DNA of 64,000 nucleotides from an uncultured Actinomycetota bacterium (GTDB lineage Bacteria; Actinomycetota; Actinomycetes; Mycobacteriales; Mycobacteriaceae): NCBI GenBank assembly GCA_963850895.1, contig CAWKNK010000011.1, positions 117,841 to 181,840 of the forward strand, read 5' to 3'. Shown piece by piece: positions 56,204 to 64,000 of this stretch (position 1 is its first letter; each line of letters starts with the position of its first letter). The notes under the pieces were generated by a model. It saw only the letters and a program-made list of their open reading frames with translations, ran no database searches and was not told where the DNA came from. The position numbers and the translations under genes were made by a program.

Positions 56204-57187
56204 CAGCGCGCGGCCGAGGAGCAGCAGCCCGGCGACGACGACAACGAGCCACGCCGCCAACCCATCCCAGAAGAAGACCAACGAAACCGTCAGCAACGAC
56301 CGCTGGCCGGTCTCGGCCGCCATGGCGTAGCTGGCGGCGGAATACATGCCCAGCGGGAAGACGAAAGCCCACCACACGCCGGCGAAGTGCAGCATGTTGG
56401 GACGTCGGCTGATCCGGTGCAGGCCGAAGTAGATCAGCGGCGGTATCCACAGGGTGGCCATCACCCACGTCACGACCGTGACCGTGCGCACCGGCCCGGC
56501 CAGCCAGGCGGGAGCCAGGGGGTGGATGTTGTCGCCGGCCAGCGTCGCAATAGCCAAGCCGCCCATCAGGATCCAGGTGTCGGGCTCGAACCCGTCGCGG
56601 TCCTGCCGCTCGTTGACGACCCGCCAGAGGATCAGCCAGGTCATCATCCCGTAGATGAAGAGCGCCGCCACCCACACGGCCACGGCCACCGCCAGCCACC
56701 AGCGATGACCGGTGTGGTAGGCCGCCCGCGCGATCACGATCGCCAACCCGGATGTTCCGACGCTGGCCAGTTCCCACGCCCCGTGGGCGTGGTCGCGCAG
56801 CGCCGCCCACCGGTGCGCCAACATATTCCGTGCGCTGAGCCCGATCAGCACCAGCCAGGACGAGAGCCCCACCGCGCCCAGCGCCCGCAGCACCCACACA
56901 TTGGACGACAACCGGGTGTCGATCACCGCGCAGGCGGCGACGAAGGTGAACAGCCGAAGGGTGACATCGGGATCCGTCAGATCCCAGCGCAACGGCCGGC
57001 GCCCGGCGACGGCCGTCGTTACCACCAGGGCCACCAGCAACACCAGACCGAGGGTGGCGATGACGCCCAGCGTGTCACTGATCCAGCTGTAGCGGTGGTT
57101 GTGCGCGGCGATCGACAGAATCCCGGTTGCCATCACCGCGGCGAAGACGTCCGGTGTCGGCTCGACATCGGCGCGTCGGACCGTCAC
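56168..57187 (-). CDS. TDT (TehA/Ssu1/SLAC1) family anion channel
   Basis: [22 protein letters not shown], about 10 TM segments; GTGA coupling to cyp126. Confidence 0.85.
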
Positions 57188-58431
57188 CGATCCTCGAGGA
57201 GTTCCACAACCAGGTGCCGGATGCCGGTATGCCGATTACTGCGAGCCCATTCGACCGGCCGGACAACACGCACCGCGCCGAACCGGGAGAACAGCTCCTC
57301 ATAGAGCACCCGCAGTTCCAGCCGGGCCAGATTGGCGCCCAGGCAGTAGTGCACGCCCTGGCCGAAGCCCAAGTGCGGGTTGGGTTTTCGGGTGATATCG
57401 AATTCATCGGCGCGCTCGAACACGCCAGCGTCACGATTCGCCGAGCCCTCCCAGATCTGAATCTTCTGTCCCGCCTCGACCGACTGCCCGCCGAGTGTGA
57501 CGTCGCGCGTAGCGGTGCGCCGCTTGGACGGCGACGGCGACGTCCATCGCACGATCTCCTCGATAGCGGTCGGCAGCACGTCGAGATCCGCACGCAGCAC
57601 CCGTAATTGGTCCGGATGGTTGGCCAGCGCCAGCAGCCCACCGGCTACCGCGTTACGCGTCGTCTCCGCGCCGGCGCTGAACAAAAGGCTGAAGAACAGG
57701 TAGAGCTCGAGATCCGACAGGGAAGGCGAATCCGCATCGTCGACCATCGCGTTCGCCACGACCGACAACATGTCATCGGTCGGCTCCGCCCGCTTCGACG
57801 CGATCAACTGCCGGCCGTAGTCGTACATCCGCGACCCGGCTTCTTCGACCGACAGCTGCGAAAGGGACGCCTTGCGCGAACCGCCGAAATCGAACTGCGG
57901 CTCGATGGCCTCGAACAGCCAATGCCGTTCGGATTCGGGCACTCCCAGCAGGATGCAGATCATCTGCATCGGCAGCTCGGCAGCGATGTCGACCAGGAAG
58001 TCGAACGGTTCGCCGGGCGCCACCGCATCCAGCAGACGGCGCGCCCGCGCCCGCAGATCGTCTTCCACCAGCCGGATCATTCGCGGCGTCAGCCCGGAGC
58101 TGACGAGTCGCCGGATCTGTGAGTGACGCGGGTCGTCCATCATGTTGAGCACCTGACCGGCGATCGACAGGTCCTGCAGCAGCGTGCCACCGTACGGCCG
58201 GCCGCCGCCGGTGACCGAGGAATATGTCGCCGGATCCTTCAGCACCTCAAGCGTTTCCGCATACGTGGCGACGGACCAGAAGCCCTCGCCGTCGGGGGTG
58301 TTGTCGGTCGGCTCGTGCCAGTACACAGGCGCCTCGCGCCGGTGGACCGCGAACAAGTCGTGCGGAAATCCGTCGGCGAAATTGTCCAGATCGGTGAAGT
58401 CGATCCCCGCGAGCGCGCCGGCGAGGGTCAC
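57184..58431 (-). CDS. cyp126: Cytochrome P450 (CYP126-like)
   Basis: AGAETT, EIVRW, heme motif [10 protein letters not shown]; synteny with purB. Confidence 0.88.
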   Translation of the reverse strand: MTLAGALAGIDFTDLDNFADGFPHDLFAVHRREAPVYWHEPTDNTPDGEGFWSVATYAETLEVLKDPATYSSVTGGGRPYGGTLLQDLSIAGQVLNMMDDPRHSQIRRLVSSGLTPRMIRLVEDDLRARARRLLDAVAPGEPFDFLVDIAAELPMQMICILLGVPESERHWLFEAIEPQFDFGGSRKASLSQLSVEEAGSRMYDYGRQLIASKRAEPTDDMLSVVANAMVDDADSPSLSDLELYLFFSLLFSAGAETTRNAVAGGLLALANHPDQLRVLRADLDVLPTAIEEIVRWTSPSPSKRRTATRDVTLGGQSVEAGQKIQIWEGSANRDAGVFERADEFDITRKPNPHLGFGQGVHYCLGANLARLELRVLYEELFSRFGAVRVVRPVEWARSNRHTGIRHLVVELLEDR

Positions 58432-59846
58432 AGGATCGCGCCCGGGGCGTACTTGGCGGCGTCCGGGTAGCGGCTCACCAACGCATCCACCATCGCGGCC
58501 ACCTCGTCCACCTGGTCACCGGCGGCGCCGGTGAACGCCTTCTTGTCGGCCAGTGCGGCGTCCAGCGCCGCTCGGTCCAGCGGCAACCGCTCGTCGGCGG
58601 CCAACCGGTCCAGCAGGTCGGGCTCCGCGCCCCGTTCGCGCATGGCCAGGGCCGTCGCGACCGCGTGTTCGCGGATCACATGGTGCGCGGCCTCGCGCCC
58701 CATGCCGGCGCGGACCGCGGCGATGAGCACCTTGGTGGTGGCCAAGAACGGCAGGTAGCGATCCAGCTCGCGGGCGATCACCGCGGGGTAGGCGCCGAAC
58801 TCGTCGAGCACGGTCAAAAACGTCTCGATCTGCCCGTCGATGGCAAAGAAGCTGTCCGGCAACGCGACTCGGCGCACCACCGAGCAGAATACGTCACCCT
58901 CGTTCCACTGCGCGCCCGCCAGCTCGGCGGCCATCGAGGCGTAGCCGCGCAGCACCACCTGCAGCCCGTTGACCCGCTCACAACTGCGGGTGTTCATCTT
59001 GTGCGGCATCGCCGACGAGCCGACCTGGCCCGGCGCGAACCCCTCGGTGACGAGCTCGTGCCCGGCCATCAGTCGGATGGTATGGGCCATCGACGACGGC
59101 CCGGCGCCAAGCTGCACCAAAGCGGACAGCACGTCGTGGTCGAGCGAGCGCGGATACACCTGTCCTACGCTGGTCAAAACCGTTGCGAAGCCGAGGAATT
59201 GGGCCATGCGTCGCTCGAGTTCGGCGAGCTTGGCCGCGTCGCCGTCCAGCAGGTCCAGCATGTCCTGGGCGGTGCCCATCGGGCCTTTGATGCCGCGAAG
59301 CGGGTAGCGGTCGATCAACTCGCGCAGTCGGGTCAACGCGATGAGCGTCTCTTGCGCGGCGGAGGCGAACCGCTTGCCCAACGTGGTGGCCTGCGCGGCG
59401 ACGTTGTGGCTGCGTCCGGCCATCACCAGGTCGCGGTAGGCCACCGCCCGCTCGGCAAGGCGCGCCACCACCGCGATCCCATGGGAGAAGACCAATTCCA
59501 GGGACCGCCGGATCTGCAGCTGCTCCACATTCTCGGTCAGGTCGCGGCTGGTCATCCCCTTGTGCACGTGCTCGTGACCAGCCAGCGCGTTGAACTCTTC
59601 GATGCGGGCCTTGACGTCGTGGCGCAAGACCCGTTCGCGATCCGCAATCGAGGCCAAATCGAGGTCCTCGAGCACCCGCTCGTAGTCGGCGATGGCGTTC
59701 TGCGGAACGTCCACGCCCAGCTCCGCCTGTGCCCGCAGCACCGCCAGCCACAGCCGGCGCTCCGCGACGACCTTGGCCTCCGGCGACCAGATCGCGACCA
59801 TTTCCGCGCTGGCGTACCGGGCGGCCAGGACGTTCGGAATGCTCAC
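58428..59846 (-). CDS. purB: Adenylosuccinate lyase
   Basis: [30 protein letters not shown] -10 upstream of GTG 59846. Confidence 0.96.
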   Translation of the reverse strand: MSIPNVLAARYASAEMVAIWSPEAKVVAERRLWLAVLRAQAELGVDVPQNAIADYERVLEDLDLASIADRERVLRHDVKARIEEFNALAGHEHVHKGMTSRDLTENVEQLQIRRSLELVFSHGIAVVARLAERAVAYRDLVMAGRSHNVAAQATTLGKRFASAAQETLIALTRLRELIDRYPLRGIKGPMGTAQDMLDLLDGDAAKLAELERRMAQFLGFATVLTSVGQVYPRSLDHDVLSALVQLGAGPSSMAHTIRLMAGHELVTEGFAPGQVGSSAMPHKMNTRSCERVNGLQVVLRGYASMAAELAGAQWNEGDVFCSVVRRVALPDSFFAIDGQIETFLTVLDEFGAYPAVIARELDRYLPFLATTKVLIAAVRAGMGREAAHHVIREHAVATALAMRERGAEPDLLDRLAADERLPLDRAALDAALADKKAFTGAAGDQVDEVAAMVDALVSRYPDAAKYAPGAIL

Positions 59847-59924
59847 AGACATAGAGCTTACGATCGGCCTCCCCCGCTGACCGGCTTGCGGTCACATTGG
59901 TAGCGGCGCCATACCCTAGGCAGG

Positions 59925-60672
59925 ATGTATTTCGCCGGCGTCGATCTGGCCTGGGCGCGGGCGCAACCCCACCGGGGTGGCGGCCGTCGACGCCGGGGGC
60001 CGTCTCGTGCACGTCGGCGCCGTCGGCGACGACGCCGATGTGCTCGCCGCGTTGTCGCCCTATGTGCAAGGGCATTGCCTGGTCGCCTTCGACGCGCCGC
60101 TGGTGGTGACCAACCCGACCGGCCAGCGTCCCGCCGAAGCGGCGCTCAACCGCGACTTCCGCAGGTTCGAAGCCGGGGCGCACCCGGCCAACACCGCAAA
60201 ACCGGAGTTCGCCGACGGGCCGCGAGCGGCGCGATTGGCGCGGGCGATGGGGCTCGACATGGACCCGCGGTCACCGGCTCCGCGACGCGCCATCGAGGTC
60301 TACCCGCATCCGGCGACCGTGGTGCTGTTCCGGCTGGCGCGAACGCTCAAATACAAGGCCAAGCCCGGCCGCGGCGTCGACCAGCTCAAGTCCGAGCTGC
60401 TCCTGCTGATGGACGGCATCGAGAAGCTCGCGCACGCCACGGTGCCCTTACACGTCGCAGGTCATGGCGATTGGGTCCGGCTGCGCAAACGCGTAACCGC
60501 CGCCCAGCGCAAAAGCGAGCTGCGCCGCGCCGAGGATCCGATCGACGCCGTCGTCTGCGCCTATGTGGCGTTGTACGCGCAGCGCTGCCCGGCGGACGTG
60601 ACGATTTACGGCGACTTCGCCACGGGGTACATCGTGACGCCTTCGCTGACCGCCGACCTCACGGGCAGCTGA
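59925..60672 (+). CDS. DUF429 predicted nuclease (Rv0776c-like), +1 indel near 59957
   Basis: GVDLAW, VAFDAPL, IEVYPHP, DPIDAVVCA. Confidence 0.8.
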
Positions 60673-61269
60673 TCAATGGGCGCGAGCACGTCGATGAGAT
60701 CGACCACCGTCCCCAGCGCCGCCGCACGAGGATCGCGGCCCTCGACCAAGGCGGACACCACCGAACCGTCGACCGCGCAGATCAGCGTGCACACCAGCTC
60801 GATGTGCACCGTGCGGCCCGATCGCTCGACGGCCTCGGCCACGGCCTCTGCGCGCTGCGCGCAGGCTGCGACGCATGATCTCGCGCAACGCGGGCAGGCG
60901 GGTGCACGCGATGTGTCGCTCGTAGCGCGAGATCAACTGATCGCTGAGTCCCGGGCTGGACACGTCTCCGACGAGCAGGTCGACCAACACCTCGGCTATG
61001 GTCTCGGGTCCCCGACGCCGACGGGAAAGGGCATTGACCCGCGCCCGCAGCTGCGCCACCTCGATCATCGCGATGTGTTCGACGGCGCGTGCGATCAAAT
61101 CGTCAAGGGACGAGAAGTAATACGTGGTGGACGCCAACGGCAGTCCGGCCCGCCGGGCGACCGCGCGGTGACGCACGGCCTCGAAGCCGCCTTCGGCAAG
61201 CAGCTCGGCGGCGGCGCTCACGAGCGCATACCGTCGACGTTCTCCCTTGGGAGTGACTGCTGCCGTCAC
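60606..61269 (-). CDS. TetR regulator (Rv0775-like), +1 indel near 60860
   Basis: VRHRAVARRAGLPLASTTYYF; C-terminus continues in ORF 60606-60842. Confidence 0.82.
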
Positions 61270-61330
61270 GAGTAGCCATCGTGCCAGTCAAAGTGGTACT
61301 GCATTGCCATTTCGGCCAAACGGCCATGGC

Positions 61331-62248
61331 ATGATGGCCCGCATGCCCGACTTGAGCCGCCGTGCCCTGCTGGGCCTCGGTGCCAGCGCGGCCGCGGGCG
61401 CAGTGGGCACGTATGCGCTCGACATCGTGTTCAAGCCCCGAACATCTCAGGCCATGCCGCTGTCGCCGGCCGGTACCCAGGCGCCGCTGGCGCCGCCGCC
61501 GAGCGCACCTCTCGAGCCGGCTCCCCCGGGTCAGCCGGCGCCCACCATGGTGACGGGTTCCTTCGTCTCGGCGGCGCGCGGCGGGATCAACACCAACTGG
61601 GCCATCGCACGCCCGCCAGGCCAAACCAAGGCGCTGCGACCGGTGATCGCGCTGCACGGCAAGGGCAGTGACGCGTCGACCGTGATGGCCGGCGGCGTCG
61701 AACAGGGGCTGGCGCAGGCCGTCAACGCGGGGCTGCCACCGTTTGCCGTGGTCGCCGTCGACGGCGGCGGCAGCTACTGGCACAAGAGGTCCTCCGGCGA
61801 GGACAGCGGGGCCATGGTGCTCGACGAGCTCATCCCGATGCTGAGCACCCACGGCCTGGACACCTCGCGGGTGGCGTTCTTGGGCTGGTCGATGGGCGGC
61901 TACGGCGCGTTGCTGCTCGGCGGTCGGCTGGGTCCGGCACGCACCGCGGCGATCTGTGCGGTCAGTCCCGCACTGTGGCTCTCCTCCGGCGCGGCGGCAC
62001 CGGGTGCGTTCGACGGGCCCGACGACTTCGCGTCGAACTCGGTGTTCGGGATGCCGGCGCTGGCGTCGATTCCCATTCGGGTGGACTGCGGCGACAGCGA
62101 TCCTTTTTACGCCGCGACCAAGCAGTTCATTGCGCAACTGCCCAATCCGCCCGCGGGCGGCTTCTCGCCCGGCGGGCACAACGGGGAGTTCTGGAGCTCG
62201 CAGCTGCCGGCCGAGCTGACCTGGATGGCGCCGCTGCTGACGGCGTAA
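61331..62248 (+). CDS. Tat-exported esterase (Rv0774c-like)
   Basis: SRRALLG twin-Arg signal, LHGKG, GWSMGG, GGHN. Confidence 0.9.
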   Translation: MMARMPDLSRRALLGLGASAAAGAVGTYALDIVFKPRTSQAMPLSPAGTQAPLAPPPSAPLEPAPPGQPAPTMVTGSFVSAARGGINTNWAIARPPGQTKALRPVIALHGKGSDASTVMAGGVEQGLAQAVNAGLPPFAVVAVDGGGSYWHKRSSGEDSGAMVLDELIPMLSTHGLDTSRVAFLGWSMGGYGALLLGGRLGPARTAAICAVSPALWLSSGAAAPGAFDGPDDFASNSVFGMPALASIPIRVDCGDSDPFYAATKQFIAQLPNPPAGGFSPGGHNGEFWSSQLPAELTWMAPLLTA

Positions 62249-62250
62249 GA

Positions 62251-62415
62251 CTTTGGCTTTGGCTTTGGCTTTGGCTTTGGCTTTGGCTTTGGCTTTGGCT
62301 TTGGCTTTGGCTTTGGCTTTGGCTTTGGCTTTGGCTTTGGCTTTGGCTTTGGCTTTGGCTTTGGCTTTGGCTTTGGCTTTGGCTTTGGCTTTGGCTTTGG
62401 CTTTGGCTTTGGCTT
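62251..62415. repeat. Perfect (CTTTGG)n microsatellite, 27.5 copies
   Basis: 165 bp uninterrupted, starting 2 bp after the esterase stop. Confidence 0.97.
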
Positions 62416-62417
62416 GC

Positions 62418-62473
62418 CGAGCGTAACGCCAGTGCGAGAAACTGGGCGCGAATTCGCAGCAGCGTTACGCTCG
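62418..62473. repeat. REP-like palindromic element
   Basis: Perfect arms CGAGCGTAACGC / GCGTTACGCTCG plus inner TGCGA/TCGCA. Confidence 0.8.
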
Positions 62474-62478
62474 CGGAC

Positions 62479-64000
62479 GTGACCGCACCGTTCGGTTGGA
62501 AATTCCCCTACGCCTGGCCGCGAAAGCCCATCCTGGCGGAAAACGTTGTCTGCACATCACAACCGCTCGCCGCCCAAGCCGGCCTTCGGATGCTAGCCGA
62601 GGGAGGAAGCGCGGTGGACGCGGCGATCGCCACCGCCATCGCCCTCACGGTGGTGGAGCCGGTATCCAACGGCATCGGCTCGGATGCTTTCGCGATCGTG
62701 TGGGATGGGCGGCGATTGCACGGGCTGAATGCGTCCGGCCGCTCGCCCGCGGCCTGGACACCGGAATACTTCGGCGGCAACGCCGTTCCCGCTGCTGGCT
62801 GGAACGCGGTGACCGTGCCCGGCGCGGTGTCGGCGTGGACTGAATTGCATGCCAAGTTCGGCAAGCTCCCGTTCGAAAGGCTCTTCGAGCCTGCAATCCA
62901 TTACGGCCGCGACGGCTTTCTGGTTTCGCCAACGGTCGCGGACCAATGGGCGGCGCAGATACCGCTGTTCGAAAAGCAGCCCGGCTTCGCCGCGGCATTC
63001 ATGCCCACGGGCCGGGCACCGAGACCCGGTGAGCGGTTTAGGTTTACCGAGCAGGCCGCCACGCTCGAGAAGATCGCCGCGACCAACGGCGAGGCGTTCT
63101 ACCGCGGAGAGTTGGCCGCCCAGCTCGAGGCGCACGCGCTGGCCAACGACGGCGTGATGCGGGCCAGCGACCTCGCCGCTCACCGCGCCGATTGGGTAGG
63201 CACCATCAGTGGCACCTACCGCGGGTACACCGTCCACGAGATCCCGCCCAACGGCCACGGGATCGTGGCCCTGATCGCTCTGGGAATTCTGGAGCACTTC
63301 GACATGGCCTCGCTCCCAGTCGATTCCGCCGACAGCGTGCACCTGCAAATCGAAGCGTTGAAGCTGGCCTTCGCCGACGCGCAGGCCTACGTCGCCGACA
63401 TCGAGCACATGCCGCTGCGCCCGGAACACCTGCTGGACGACGAATATCTGAGGCAACGCGCGGCCCTGATCGATCGTGCGCGGGCGAAGCCGGCGTCGGC
63501 GGGCGCCCCGAGCGGGGGGACGGTGTATCTGACCGCCGCCGACGCCGCGGGGATGATGGTGTCGATGATCCAGTCGAACTACATGGGGTTCGGATCCGGT
63601 GTCGTGGTGCCGGGCACCGGGATATCGTTGCAGAACCGCGGCGCGAATTTCGTGGCGACCGAGGGACATCCGAACCGGGTGGGGCCGGCCAAACGCCCCT
63701 ACCACACGATCATTCCGGGCTTTGTCACCAAAGACGGCGCCCCGGTGATGAGCTTTGGCGTGATGGGCGGAACGATGCAGCCCCAAGGCCACACCCAAGT
63801 GATGGTGCGCATCGCCGACCACGGACAGAATCCGCAGGCCGCGTGTGACGGCCCACGGTTCCGGTGGGTGCAGGGCATGCAGGTCAGCTGCGAGAAGGGC
63901 TTCCCGCCCGCGACGCTCGACGAGCTTCGCCACCGCGGACATGACCTGGTGGCCGTGGACGACTACAACCAGTTCGGCAGCTGCCAGGCGATCTGGCGTC
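62479..64000 (+). CDS. ggtA: Gamma-glutamyltransferase (GgtA-like), runs off window end
   Basis: VVCTSQPLA, VTVPG, autocleavage GG|TVYL, QSNY, KRPYHTIIP, GVMGG; same frame at 62479 and at the last bases; absent from ORF track because there is no stop. Confidence 0.93.
   Translation, partial: MTAPFGWKFPYAWPRKPILAENVVCTSQPLAAQAGLRMLAEGGSAVDAAIATAIALTVVEPVSNGIGSDAFAIVWDGRRLHGLNASGRSPAAWTPEYFGGNAVPAAGWNAVTVPGAVSAWTELHAKFGKLPFERLFEPAIHYGRDGFLVSPTVADQWAAQIPLFEKQPGFAAAFMPTGRAPRPGERFRFTEQAATLEKIAATNGEAFYRGELAAQLEAHALANDGVMRASDLAAHRADWVGTISGTYRGYTVHEIPPNGHGIVALIALGILEHFDMASLPVDSADSVHLQIEALKLAFADAQAYVADIEHMPLRPEHLLDDEYLRQRAALIDRARAKPASAGAPSGGTVYLTAADAAGMMVSMIQSNYMGFGSGVVVPGTGISLQNRGANFVATEGHPNRVGPAKRPYHTIIPGFVTKDGAPVMSFGVMGGTMQPQGHTQVMVRIADHGQNPQAACDGPRFRWVQGMQVSCEKGFPPATLDELRHRGHDLVAVDDYNQFGSCQAIWR

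Noticed and set aside
62251..62415. Telomere or linear-replicon end
   Set aside because: Internal, flanked by intact syntenic genes on both sides

Overview
High-GC mycobacterial chromosome segment, most like a Mycobacterium avium-complex-type slow grower. It is syntenic, in reverse, with the M. tuberculosis Rv0773c-Rv0830 region. Rv equivalences and family names are recalled from protein sequence, not database searches. Core content: four tRNAs (Phe, Asp, Glu, Lys), kmtR, desA1-dus-LCP, phoU/pstB/pstS, mshD, glnR, the cysteine-attenuated DUF4395-cysA-sseC operon, purM/F/L/Q/S/C/B, pepC, the dyp-encapsulin pair, emrB, ptrB, cyp126 and ggt. About 4.3-19.2 kb is full of single-base indels, even in housekeeping genes, so these are probably sequencing errors. 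The best candidate for an undescribed system is an accessory island at about 33.1-41.9 kb. It has two translationally coupled NemR-like TetR paralogues (one with the sensor-type Cys, one with no Cys) and four copies of a 16-bp TGGG-N8-CCCA palindrome. These lie in front of a MOSC-FNR-2Fe2S reductase, a dehalogenase-like hydrolase, the TetR pair and a quinone reductase-HAD-cupin run. Other notable items: a 34%-His mini-protein behind kmtR, a perfect (CTTTGG)27.5 microsatellite before ggt, a deletion fusing pstC to the end of pstA, a 57-bp VNTR at the dyp promoter, an orphan mce gene, and unannotated leaderless small ORFs.
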